From contig OX597820.1 of NCBI GenBank assembly GCA_951406725.2, positions 89,528,001 to 89,592,000 of the forward strand: DNA of 64,000 nt, in the 5' to 3' direction. Positions 39,326 to 53,040 of this stretch are shown here, in pieces; the first letter of the stretch is position 1, and each line of letters starts with the position of its first letter. Under the pieces are notes generated by a model. The model did not search any database and had not been told where the DNA came from. It worked only from the letters and a program-made list of their open reading frames with translations. The translations under genes and the position numbers were made by a program. The stretch comes from Octopus vulgaris (taxonomy: Eukaryota).

Positions 39326-40383
39326 CATACGCTTTGTAATTTATTTCACGAAAATTAAATCGGTTTATATCGTTGGATTTAGGTTTTATGTGATTAAGGT
39401 AGATAGCAATTAACGGAGCACGTACAAGAACGAGTTGACAAAAGTATTAAAAAATTTGTGAGGAATACAAAAGTTCTCAAGTTGAGTTTTGTCTATCTCT
39501 CCTTTCATATACAGATTCAATTGAATAATTATATACATGGTTAGTTTTCAGTTAAGTTACGACAATAAACTCAAAATAAAGAATTTCGATGGTACAATGA
39601 AAAACGTCATGGCGAACCCTAAAATTGACAAATTTAGTTAACTCCCAATGTCGAGTTGAAGCTGTGTAGAAAGCATCAAGAGAAGCACTGTTGTATTTTC
39701 ATCATTGAATACCTACATAAAGATAATTTTCAGTGGGCCCTGGGTCACCTTATACATTAAGCAACATATAAACAAATATGGTAAATGGGAAATAGTAATG
39801 CAAATAAAACGAAAACCAAATGTTTTCAATCAAGTTATGTCACGCGGCGAGCTGACAGAAGCGGACAAAATGCTTAGCAGTATTTTTCTGAGTCTTTACT
39901 TTCGGAGTCCAAAACTTGTCGTAGGCAACTTTGCCTTTATTTCACAAGGGGTCGTAGGCAACTTTGCCTTTATTTCACAAATTATCGTTATGTAGGTATT
40001 CAAGGATGAAAATACAACAGTGCTTCTCTTGATGCTTTCTACACAGCTTCAACTCGACATTGGGAGTTAAACTAAATTTGTCAATTTTAGGGTTCGCCAG
40101 GACATTTTTCATTGTACCATCGAAATTCTTTATTTTGAGTTTATTGTCGTAACTTAACTGAAAACTAACCATGTATATAATTATTCAATTGAATCTGTAT
40201 ATGAAAGGAGAGATAGACAAAACTCAACTTGAGAACTTTTGTATTCCTCACAAATTTTTCAATACTTTTGTCAACTCGTTCTTGTACGTGCTCCGTTAAT
40301 TGCTATCTACCTTAATCACATAAAACATAAATCCAACGATATAAACCGATTTAATTTTCGTGAAATAAATTACAAAGCGTATG
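39326..40383. repeat. Local inverted duplication; arms 39326-39729 and 39979-40383
   Basis: ~404-bp arms are near-identical reverse complements with only a few substitutions or indels. Confidence 0.95.
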
Positions 40384-40490
40384 TCATATCGCTGAGCAAT
40401 GAAATAAAGTACCAGTTAGGGACTGGAGCCGGTGAAATCGATTAACCACCTCCAACCAAAGTTACTGGCCTAATACCAAAATTTGAAATT
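39843..40490 (+). mobile_element. SINE family 1 split by the inverted duplication
   Basis: Head 39843-39950 (ggcgagctgacagaa…aaatgcttagc); tail resumes at ~40397 (tgaaataaagtaccag…ggcctaataccaaaatttgaa). Confidence 0.75.
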
Positions 40491-40509
40491 ATTATTAAAT
40501 TATTTCCAT

Positions 40510-40890
40510 ATAGGCGCAAGCGTAGGTGAATAGTAAGCAGTTTGCTCCCCAACCACATGCTTTCAGGTTCAGTCTCACTGCGAGGCACCTTGGAGCAAAT
40601 GTCGTATAGCCTCAGGCCGACCAAAGCCTTGTGGGTGGATTTAGTAGACGGAAACTCTGTGTGTGTGTCTGTCTGTCTGTGTTTGTGTCTGTGTTTATCC
40701 CTCACCACTACTTGGCAACTGATGCTAGTGTGTTTACGTTTCCATATTTAGCGGTTCGTCAAGTGATATCGATAGAATAAGTGCCAAGCTTTAAAAATTA
40801 CCAGAGTCGATACATTCGACTAAAAAATCTCCAAGGCGATGTTCCAGCATGGCCACAGTCTAATGACTGAAGCAATTACAAGACAAAAGA
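40510..40890 (+). mobile_element. SINE family 2
   Basis: Head, core, internal (GT) tract and tail all match 20085-20535. Confidence 0.8.
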
Positions 40891-41812
40891 TATATATATA
40901 TATATATATATATATTTTATTAAAAAATACATATGGTTGATTTAAATATTCTTTGTGATTCTTAGTTCTTGAATAATTTTAAGCAAGACTGGACCACAGG
41001 TCTCTGTTAACCAAACCACAATATTGAACTACATGATTCACGAGTCTCTAGTGACTAAACTTACAAAAGGAACGCCTACTATATTCATCGCACGATAATA
41101 TATATCAATAATATTTGTTATTTTAAAATTATTATTTTCTGACACAATGAAAATGTCTTGACAGGAAAATTCGTGTCAGATTTTAGATGTCAGCGTTTGG
41201 CAATTTACTAGCGTATTCTTGCCATCAATAATGCAGTCAAATACGACCGTCTTAATTAAACATATTGATAATTATTACAAAATAAATCTAAAATATATGT
41301 CATTTGTTAATGATCATTATAGATGTCAGAATAACGGGAAATTGACGTCAAATTAAAGTAAAGGAAAGATTGATATCGTTGGGTGTTAACTTTAATCTTG
41401 GCATGAGTACTTCTTATCGTATGTTTACTACAAATTATTATCTGTTGTGTTTGTAAATGCATAGCTTTACAATACTTACGCATTTAGATAAATGCACACA
41501 TATACTTTTATACATATGTATGTACATAGATACTAGAATTCTCCATTTAAGATTCGTGGGTTGAACACATACACAAAATCACACACACACACACACACAC
41601 ACATACATACATACACATACATATATGTTAAATGCTCGAAATACGAGAGTAGAAAAAACAGCCGACAACTGATGAAAGGTCGTTCTTTATGTTGTTTGTT
41701 TTGTTTTCCATTTATGTCTTTCGTTGTTTGAAAGAATAGTTCATGTTCCATGCACTCGTGCTTCGTAGATTTTTTGTTGTACACGTTTAGGGACGTCCTG
41801 TGCCCTCATATG

Positions 41813-41847
<35 letters not shown>

Positions 41848-41892
41848 TGATGGAAGTATGTACATATTTAGGTATATATGCATATATATATA

Positions 41893-42294
41893 CGAGCAAA
41901 ACGCCCCCCCCCCCGTCCAATGGACGGTACTGAGTTGTCAAACATTTAAACCAAATTTTCTCAAAACAACTTGTCCGACCGTCCTATAGGTCACCCCTTT
42001 GAGAAACACGGATTTAGCCTAAATTTGAGACACCAACAAACTGTACGTGCATTTTTCTCCCGTACGCGCAGTACCGATCGCAACAGCTGATGTACTTGCA
42101 CGTACAAATGCACGTTCGCACGGTTTTATCGATGGCATTCTCACATGGAATCGCTTTTTGTAATTTCTTTCAAGACTTATACACGCCCTGATACCGTCGG
42201 TATTTACAAATCAAATTTGAGCGCAATCGGATGGAGGATGCCCGAGATCCTAGAAGACACACACAGACAGACGGAACGGATTTTATATAATAGA
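41893..42294 (-). mobile_element. Non-autonomous Helitron-like element
   Basis: Minus-strand 5' end A|TCTATTATATAAAATCCGTTCCGTCTGTCTGTG; hairpin ccgtccaatggacgg (41913-41927) near the 3' end; decayed CTAG. Confidence 0.6.
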
Positions 42295-42559
42295 TTACAC
42301 ACACACACACACTCACGCATATATATATATATATATATATATATAACACGCGCACACACACACACACACTCACTCACTCATTCAGTCTCACACACATATA
42401 ATAGTAAAGAAGCATGACACTTCTGTACTTAAACAACACGCACACCCACTATAAAATTGTGAGTACATTACATAAGTAATAAACAATGAAAGCAATAACG
42501 TTTTGTGAGTAGGGATACCACTTGTAGATACCACTCGTTCTATGTGATCAATAGGTAGC

Positions 42560-43330
42560 TGAACTAACTGACTTAAAAGGAAAATTTGAAGAGCAATTCA
42601 TATGTCTGTATAAAATTATTCACGAGTTCATTTCCCATCGCACACTTCTCGAGATTATCAGAAACACTGACAAAGAAGAGTAACCAGCCTCCTCATGAAC
42701 AAATAATAGATTAGCTATTCCCCACTTAGAGATGTACAATTCTGGTGTCCAGGAACTGGAGAAGGAGATTAAATTACCTGATCAATGAAAGAGACAAGGA
42801 TAGTCATAGATTCGTGCATTATGATAGAAAATTTCACTTTTGCAATAGCAATAAAGAATATATCATCCGTATCAGAAACTACCTCCAAAAGTCTGCGGGG
42901 TACTACGATTCCTTAAGTAACAAAATTATCAGCAAAACTATCTGCAATGCTATCTGTTGCTTCCCCAACAAGAACGAGAATGTATAAATATCTTTACAAG
43001 TAAAGACTACTGACTGGAAGCAATTCTAATAAAAACAGCAATCTTGATATTGTTCTATGGTACAAGGAGCAAATGCCAAGCACTCTTGCAGAGATCACCG
43101 GCTTAGTGAATGTGAATATCTTGTCGAAATTTGCGAACTAAAGAGAACACCTACGGAGAAGAAATGAAGATATACAATTCTTGCAGCCGACTCATAAATA
43201 TTCATATAAACAAATTATCATAAATTCTCTCTGGGATATGTAATAACACATTTACATAAAAACCAGTAAAACTGGGATTCCTCTAGAAAAAGCAAAACTG
43301 ACTCTTATCCTTCAGATCTAATCTATAGGT
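42560..43330 (+). mobile_element. Old degenerate R4-like fragment
   Basis: Decayed zinc-knuckle region, NLDIVLW (RLE PD motif) and KENTYG, similar to 36100-36420. Confidence 0.5.
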
Positions 43331-43349
43331 GGTATCTTTCCTCTGTTAT

Positions 43350-43715
43350 CTTATATCCTTTACTTGTTTCAGTTATTAGACTGCGACCATACTGGGCACC
43401 GCCTTGAAAAATTTTTGTATTACTTATTGTTTTTCTTTAAGCTCGGCACTTATTTTATCGATCTCTTGTGGTGAACCGCTAATTTACGGGGCATAAACAT
43501 ACCAACACCGGTTATTAAGCGGCAGTAGGTGATAAACGACGACACATACACATACACAAACACACATATACGACGGGTTTCCTTCAGTACGTATCTTTTA
43601 AATCTACTAACAAGGCTTTGGTTGACCGCGACTGTAACAGAAGGCGTCACACAATGGGACTGAACCAGAAACCATGTGGTTAGGTAGCAAGCGTCTTACC
43701 ACGTAGCCACGCATG
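43350..43715 (-). mobile_element. SINE family 2
   Basis: Similar to 20085-20535. Confidence 0.75.
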
Positions 43716-45390
43716 TAAATTGAGGACTTGTAAAGCATTCCGCAGATTCTATGTTTTAGTTTCCTGGAATGAACATATACACACAATCAAAGATCCGCAT
43801 ATGATATACTAATGCATAAACAGTAATCAGTAATCACAAGAGGGTGTGTACCCATAACATGACAAGGAGTAAATCTGGACATATATCTACATATATGCAC
43901 ACTCATACACCTCTCTTCAGATACCTGATTCCTTGCACCTCCATCAGAAATTAAAAAGATTAATTTTACTTTCGCTGAATTCAGTCATCGAACTGCAACC
44001 AAGCTGGAGCAACAACTTCTTTTAGTCCATTTCAGATTTGGACTTATTTCATCAATCTCTATTCATCGAATTTCTACTTTAGTATTTTTTCATAAACGTA
44101 TGACACGTTAAGTTATTAAACATATTTTGTGCTTAACAGCGAGCTAAACCCCTCTTATTCTCTTACTAAACTTAACAGTTATGCAGAAATAATAGAATAC
44201 GTGGCACATTCAGTTGTAGGAATTTTATCAGTACCGAGATGTCACATAGCTCTTGTGGTTGTTTAGCCTCAAGGCAGTTCGAACATGCCACCGCTGAAAG
44301 CAATTCGCCAGGATCATCTCGCATTTCTGCCTCATTAGGGGCTATATTACTCACTGTGCTCATTTCATAAGACAGTATGACTGTGGAGTATATTCTGAGG
44401 AAAATTTAGTTGCTATATTTACTGGATGAGCAACCACGTAGATGTTCCATCGTTGGTTTATGTCAGTTAGTGATTTATAAAGATGCTCTTGGTTAGTGTT
44501 ATATCATCTTCACTGAACCAGACATGAATGTTCTTTTTCATACATTACAAGAAGAGAGTATACTATATATTAGAAAGATACTAGTTGTTTTGCTTTTTAT
44601 TGACTTGTAAAATATGAGCTTCTGCAGTCACATTACCATATTTCCAGGTCTCTGACTATATGAATGACTAATAATACAACATATATTTTGGGAAAACACA
44701 AAAATACAATAAATTTCCAATAAAAATTGTCGTTATTTTCTTCCCGTTTTCTTAAATGAAATATTATTTGACACAATTCTATATATATTTGATAATTATA
44801 TAGACTACATATGCGTATGTATTTATTACCGGCATTATTTGAAACTACAGCATTATGTAGTCTGCCGAAGTATTCAATAGAATGTCTAGAATTGCTTTGT
44901 AAAAGAACCGAGTAAGCTTATCTCGTTCTGACTTTATATACTTTACCTAGGGATTTGAATAGAATGAGTAGGCATTCTATAGAATATCTAATACTTTTTA
45001 ACTAGAGTAGAGTAAGGGTTGGGTACTTTATTAACGAACTAAAATCTTTAGAACGTGGTTTTGTGGTTAAGAAGTTCGTTTCAGGTTAAGTCCCACTGCG
45101 TGGCATCTTGGGGAAGTGACTTCTACTCTACCCACCGTTCGACAAATGTCTTGTGAGTGAATATGATAACCGGTTACTTTGTGAAAGATGTATAAGACGG
45201 GGTGTCGAATATTTCCTGGCTTTGGGTAAAAAAAATACCGGAGGATGAGTTAATTATGATTTTATTCGACATGCTCCTCCAGTTATTCTAAGCCATGAAA
45301 TAGAAGTTGGAAGATTGGGCCTCCAGCCAGACCTTTCGCACCTGTAAGATTAGAAACTTTTCCGTATTCGTGGATATGTAAATACATATA

Positions 45391-45623
45391 TATTTCTTTA
45401 CTACCCACAAGGGGCTAAACACAGAGAGAACAAACAAGGGCAGACAAACGGATTAAGTCGATTATATCGACCCCAGTGCGTAACTGGTACTTTTTTTATC
45501 GACCCCGAAAGGATGAAAGGCAAATTCGATCTCGGCGGAATTTGAACTCAGAACGTAGCGGCAGACAAAATACTGCTAAGAATTTCGCCCGGCCTGCTAA
45601 CGTTTCTGCCAGCTCACCGCCTT
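45391..45623 (-). mobile_element. Full-length SINE family 1
   Basis: Near-identical reverse complement of 50865-51095. Confidence 0.9.
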
Positions 45624-45649
45624 TATGCATACATATATGTATATTATCT

Positions 45650-45780
45650 ATACAAAATAAGAAAATGGAGAAATACACCTTAATCAATAATCAACTACCA
45701 GATAATAAATTATGTGATTGGGTATTATCTGGTAGTTGATTATTGATTAAGGTGTATTTCTCCATTTTCTTATTTTGTAT
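45650..45780. repeat. Perfect 58-bp inverted repeat with a 15-nt spacer
   Basis: 45650-45707 is the exact reverse complement of 45723-45780. Confidence 0.9.
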
Positions 45781-45974
45781 TATTAATTTGTGGTAAAACA
45801 TTTTACCTTTTCCCATATAATACAATAAATGAGTTAATTGCAACGCAATTCTTAACATTTATGTATTAACTTTGTTGGGTGCTTTACTGGCAGTATATTG
45901 GATATATGTTATCCCATGGTGGGTTGCACTCACAACCCCTATCTCAATTTGTATATTATATATATATATATATA

Positions 45975-46060
45975 CTAGCTGGACCCGTGAAAAATTTACG
46001 GAAAACATAAAAAATGAAAGCGTCTGTAAAAAGTGTACTGGTGCCATGAGAAATGTTTGT
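45975..46060 (-). mobile_element. Helitron-like 3' end fragment
   Basis: CTAG at 45975-45978 next to (TA)n, with the hairpin ccgtgaaaaatttacgg (45985-46001). Confidence 0.45.
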
Positions 46061-46067
46061 ATATTAT

Positions 46068-46590
46068 AACCGTCTGTTTTTACGTTCTGAGTTCAAATTC
46101 TGCCGAGGTCAACTTTGCTTTTCCTCCCTTGGGGATCGGTAAATTAAGTACCAATTGTGTGCTGGGATCGATCTAATCAACTGGCCCACTCCCCACAAAA
46201 ATTTCAGGCCTAGAAAATTATATTGCGACAGTTAAAGAATATAGAAAGTAATGTGACACCAATGACTATATAATCCAACCAAAATATATGTTACACAAAT
46301 GTAAACGGAATTACTATTTAACCTTAGAATACGTTGTACATATTCAAAGAACCTTCTTGGTTTAGTGGTACGGAACGTTTTTCTGGTATTCTTTTATTGT
46401 TTTCCTTGTTTCAGTTATTTGACAGTGGCCATGCTAGAGCACCACCCTTTAGTCGAAGAAATTGACCCCTGGACTTATTCCCTGTAAAGCCTGGTGCTTA
46501 TTCTATCAGTCTTTTCTGCTGAGAAGCTAAATTACAGAGACGCAAACGCACCATCAACGGTGTGCAGCAACAGTGGTGGTGGGAAAAACA
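46068..46590. mobile_element. SINE family 1 fragment (46068-46215, +) and SINE family 2 tail (46390-46590, -)
   Basis: Motif matches to the other copies. Confidence 0.7.
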
Positions 46591-46868
46591 CAGACACAAA
46601 CACACACACACACATACATACATACACACATACATACATACATACATATACACACGCATACACACACACACCACACACATTCACATATATATGATGGGTT
46701 TGGCGGTAGTGGTGATGCTGGCTGGTGCAATTTTGTAATTTGCTGGTATGCCGAGAGAGATCCAACGGGCCACACATGTATGCACACATATACACAAACA
46801 CATACCTAGAGAGAGAGAGAGAGAGGCTGACAGATAGTAGCTGTCAGTCAATAACAAAGTTTTCATTA

Positions 46869-46928
<60 letters not shown>

Positions 46929-46949
46929 TCTTACCTGTTGCTTTGCTAC

Positions 46950-47890
46950 AGACTGGAATTGTTTATCGGTCGTGTTATTCTTTGCTCCACTATGAAAAAT
47001 TGTTTTTTGTGCTGAAGATTGTGAAACTTTACCGTTTTGGTCGTCGAGACCACTTCTTTTCTGCTGTTACAGCACACTTTTGTTGTTGTTTCCCTTTTGT
47101 TTCAAGGAGAAAATAGCTAAAAACATGAATTCGTCACCAGTTTCTTCCGCTTCCGAGGAAAACTTTGAAATTTTGTTTCAAGGCATAGAGAGGAGTATGA
47201 GGGAGGAGAACGGTAAAAATATAGAGGCGACTCACGCGCTCGTTACAAAGGCAGACGATAAAATGTCTTACGAGGCTACACAACAGGAAAAATCTAGAGC
47301 AACTCGCTCCTGTGAAAATACTGAAATAAGTAAGGAAGATTTAAAAAAAAATATCAAGGTTTACTGAAAAAGGAAGGTGAAAATGTGAAGTTGCTCCCTC
47401 CCAGTGAATTAATCAACACGACGGAGAGAAAAACACACACAAACACACAGACACCTACCACAAGCACACACACCTACAAACACCCACGTATCTACAAGCA
47501 CACACACACCCAGAAGCATACACACATACACACACACACCACCACAATCGCCTAATAACAAAAAAGAGAAACAACTTCACGGCGATAAACAAAAATAATA
47601 AACTCTTAAGAGACCAAATTGTTTTAATGAAGTCAGCGAAAAAATATATCGAAACTGATTTAAATAGTACAATTCTTGTAAAAGTCGTGTTTTATACCAT
47701 CGACAACACAGACTATTTCGAACTAAAAAAAATCTTTTGCGGAGGACATCGGCTCGTTACAGATGAACTTTCCGAGCCATCTGTACAGGCAATTCTCTAA
47801 GACAATGACCTCGCAAACCACTACACTTACAGACAGAAAAGAGGAGGAGGTCGAAAATATACCTCTCTCACTAAAACAGTGAGTTTTAAA
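46950..47890 (+). mobile_element. Possible 5' end / ORF1 remnant of a non-LTR element after (CT)n
   Basis: Charged ORF MNSSPVSS…KNIKVY after a T-rich leader; no diagnostic motif. Confidence 0.25.
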
Positions 47891-47949
47891 AACATACGAT
47901 TTATTTTTCACATTCTCGTTTAAACTCGGTTGTTCAAATGTACGCAGTC

Positions 47950-48160
47950 TGGGGTCGGATTGGAAGCAAGGCTGCCTCCTTGACGACCTTGGGTCGCATC
48001 GTTCTGTGCAACATCTAAGTTGTGAGAGCTGGAGTGAAACAGATGTTCACCCGGCAGATGGCTGGTGCCCATTTTCAGCTGAACATACTGGAGCATCGAG
48101 TAATGGAGTATCTTGCTCAAGGACACAGAACACTACTTGGTCCATGAATCGAATTCTCTC
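47950..48160 (-). mobile_element. Degenerate SINE (family 3-like)
   Basis: actggagc…tcttgctcaaggacaca is shared with 55440-55480. Confidence 0.5.
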
Positions 48161-48162
48161 CG

Positions 48163-48220
<58 letters not shown>

Positions 48221-49598
48221 ACACTCACACACACATACGTAGATATATATATATATATAGTGAAAGAGAGAAAGAGAAATGAGAAGCTGAAATGTTCTTA
48301 TCAAACTTACATAAATTTAAGAAAAGCTGTTGCTTAGGAGGAAGTTCTGTCGTTTATAAATATACTCTCACCAGGCTCATAGATTTGTTTAACAAGTTAG
48401 AGACTTTATTTATAAAACGCTGTTAAAACTGACTTGTTGCAACATCTAAACACTCACTGTATTGTGACTGTTTTCATTTCATTTAGATTTAACTCTTCCT
48501 GTTTCTTCGAACCGTATTTCCACACTTCAAGTTGGTCCCACATATGTTGTTTCACAGGTGATTTATATACACGAAATTTAAAAGTTATGCCGAAATATCA
48601 AGTTAAAGATGTCACTATGTTGTGTTGAGATACTAGTATCAAAGGATTCACAATAACGATGTTTCATACGTGCTTTTAGTCTTTATGACTTGCAGAAACC
48701 AATAGTAACAACAACAAAAACAAGAACAATAACAACAACAACAACCATAAAGAACAATTTAAATAAAATAAAAGACAAAGGAAAAGTCACTGTATGTTTT
48801 AAAATTCATTATCCCCATTAAGAATGCTGCAAGTTGACATCAGGGAACTCGTGTACCCGATGTAAATTTTAATTACAAAAACCAGACTAAAAGTAATAAA
48901 AAAAGAGCAAACATAAATTTGACACCAGAAATGTTCTTGTTGATACACTACTTTGTTATTGAAATGAACGAAAATATTTGAATACATTAAGTGAAATAGT
49001 TGAAGTTATTTTAAAAGCTTTGCTCACTGGCTGCATTATTATGGAGATGTTTTAGTTTTCGTGGATAGTTTAACTTGTGAATAAAGTAGGGTTTTGGTTA
49101 TGCGGCATTGAAAGATAATGTACATAACTCATCATAAAGACAAAAATAAACTGCTTGATAGCCACCTTCCTATGAGTAATAAACTAAAGCACAAACTATA
49201 ATTTATCACATACTTTTATGTGAACATAAACTGTAGATTAAATCGGTTGTGTTTAGAAAATGAAAGTTGAACAACACATTAAATGAAATAGAAATTTAAG
49301 TGATGCAGAGTGAATGGCTACGTTATGGTCAGTACAATATAGAAATCTGTTTCGATTCCATTTGTAGCTACTTTTACTTTACTTATACCAATAATGCCAC
49401 TACCAAAAGAATGAATATCACAACCTTACTTAATTTCTTATGCTTTAGGCTTAGAGTGAGAAGATAATTGAAGATTATATTTGTGTCAATCCTCGTATAC
49501 GATGACATAAAATTAAAGAAGTGAAATAAATTATGACTTTGTAAGAAAGAAGACAAGTATAACGTTTGAGACTAGAACATTTCCAGAGAGAAAGAGAG

Positions 49599-49629
<31 letters not shown>

Positions 49630-50216
49630 AAGAAAGGGTAACGGAGAGGAGAGAGAGAGAGGGGGAAGGTTTTATATTGTAATTTATTCCAATTCGTCAA
49701 CATTTAGAAATTACTATTTACCAATGTAGAGCATCACTGATTCCTTCAAATTCTGCTGTTGCTGTACGTAACATGATAACCTGAAGAGACAGTGGAAATT
49801 ATTGAAATAATGTTTATAGACTCAAATTTGTAAAGCAAAATTATATAATTAAAGTTTAATTAAACAATTAAGTCACACATATTTAGTTTAATAAGAGAAG
49901 TTAAATTAATATTTGTTCTATACAATAAAATCTATATTTTAAGTTCATATGTGTAATATATATCGTAGCGTTATGCTTATTAAGTGACATAAAGCAAATA
50001 CAGTACTTGTGTTATGTTGTGTATTGTAAATACATTATTGAAACTACAACTATTTAGCAAGCCGCGTCTCTGATTTATAATGAGCCACATACAGCATATG
50101 CAGACAAGCACGGATATACACGCATACATACGTACATACATACATACATACATACATGCATACATACATACATACATACATACATACACACATACATACA
50201 TACATACATACATACA

Positions 50217-50250
<34 letters not shown>

Positions 50251-50864
50251 CATACATACATATATATACATATGTGTGTGTCTGAGTACAAACAATCAGT
50301 TTCAAATTTCGTTTCACTACAAAAGGCCTCAAATGCTGAAGATGATATTGAAATGTAGACAATATTAAGATGGTTGAATCTCCAAGGAATAACAAAAGTT
50401 CAAACTAAAGCGTTAAGCTCTAGCTATTAGTGATGTGATTAACAACTAGTCGACGCAAGAAATTGTGGTTAAAAATAAATTTCTAAATCCCCAGCATAGA
50501 TAATTAGAAGAATAATATAGTTAGTGGCATTCTAGACATCCATCTGGAATTGTAAATGCTGAAGAGCAAATAATGTACTTTCTTGCACTTCTAGTAATAT
50601 CCATTCACTTGCCTCCATAACCTTAGGTTCGCATAAATTATACGCGTGCTGTCTAGATATCTGAAATAAAACCTACATTACTTTTATGGACAAGGATTTT
50701 GAAACTGTTCAGCAACACAAACACAAGAAATTTGTCACTGTCAACAGTATTTAGACACAATCACTGTGCATGGGAAGGAAACAATCCTGTATGTAGCCCT
50801 CGCTACTTTTAAACAACCTTAGATCCTTGAAGATGATGTAAGTGTTTTTCCCCCTGACGGTTCT

Positions 50865-51095
50865 GACGGCGAGCTGGCAGAATCGTTAGCACGCTGGGCG
50901 AAACGCTTAACAGTATTTCGTCTGCTGCTACGTTCTGAGTTCAAATTCCGCCGAGGTCGACTTTGCCTGTCATCCTTTCGGGGTCGATAAATTAAGTACC
51001 AGTTACGCACTGGGGTCGATGTAATCGACTTAATCCGTTTGTCTGTCTTTGTTTGTCCCCTCTGTGTTTAGCCCCTTGTGGGTAGTAAAGAAATA
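50865..51095 (+). mobile_element. Full-length young SINE family 1
   Basis: ggcgagcTGGCAGAATCGTTagc (A-box-like), GAGTTCAAATTCC (B-box-like), central core, and tail ending gtaaagaaata. Confidence 0.92.
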
Positions 51096-51367
51096 GGTTC
51101 CATGCTCTGGAGTCTTGAGTTCACCGAACAACTTTGATTGCATCTAAAAAAGGAACGAAAACCCCCCACTTGCACTCATATATGCGCTTATCTGAGGCAT
51201 CTAGCGACCTTTTCTATTACTGTTACAGCCTCTAATCCTTGGAGCTGGCTAATTAACTTTCAACTTGAACTAAATCCCACTCATCTCTTTCGTATCTTCC
51301 TAATGTATATTTCTCCATTGATTCCAGTACTTCATTTTCAGAAGAACATCCTTATGGAATGTATGCA

Positions 51368-52429
<1,062 letters not shown>

Positions 52430-52529
52430 NNNNNNNNNNNNNNNNNNNNNNNNNNNNNNNNNNNNNNNNNNNNNNNNNNNNNNNNNNNNNNNNNNNNNNN
52501 NNNNNNNNNNNNNNNNNNNNNNNNNNNNN
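52430..52529. other. Assembly gap (100 N)
   Basis: Run of N. Confidence 1.
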
Positions 52530-52659
52530 AAGATTTTGTTTTAAAAGTAAAGTTTAAACTCACAAAATTACGATAATTTTCACAGTTGCAGTTTATTTTT
52601 ATGCTTGATCTTTCAATGACTGTAAAAAATATCTTAAAAATACATCCTGTAGGGTTGCG

Positions 52660-53040
52660 AGCCGGCAGTATTGTTAATGCGCCGGATAAAAAGCTTAGTT
52701 GCATTTCTTACGACTTTATATTCTGAGTTCAAATGCGTTTCATCCTTTCGGGGTCGATAAAATAAGTATCATTCGAGCTCTGGGGTCGAGTTCAATGCAA
52801 TCGACCTATCCACTTCATGGAAATTGCTGGCCTTGTACTAAAATTTCAACCCAATAATATATCCCGTATTTCCCCTATGTTTGTAGGAGTGACACTGTTA
52901 TAAAGTTCGCTTCCAAATGACGTTGTGGTTGACTTACACTGCATAGTACTTCGTTCAAATGTTTTCTAAAGTGTTGTCCTTGACCCATGTATTGTGAGTG
53001 AAACTGGATTGACGGAACTTACGTGGAACCTGTGTCTGGC
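52660..53040 (+). mobile_element. Degenerate SINE family 1 (52660-52850) and family 2 fragment (52895-53040)
   Basis: Contains ttctgagttcaaatg…catcctttcggggtcgataaaataagta, and gacggaact. Confidence 0.6.

Noticed and set aside
41630-41700. GAAA…CTGATGAAAGG as a second hammerhead
   Set aside because: I could not find the required flanking helices; at most a decayed repeat.
45193-45380. Mariner-derived MITE
   Set aside because: The ends are too decayed to establish a TIR pair from the sequence alone.
50865-50950. tRNA gene
   Set aside because: The A/B boxes belong to a multi-copy SINE head; no complete cloverleaf.
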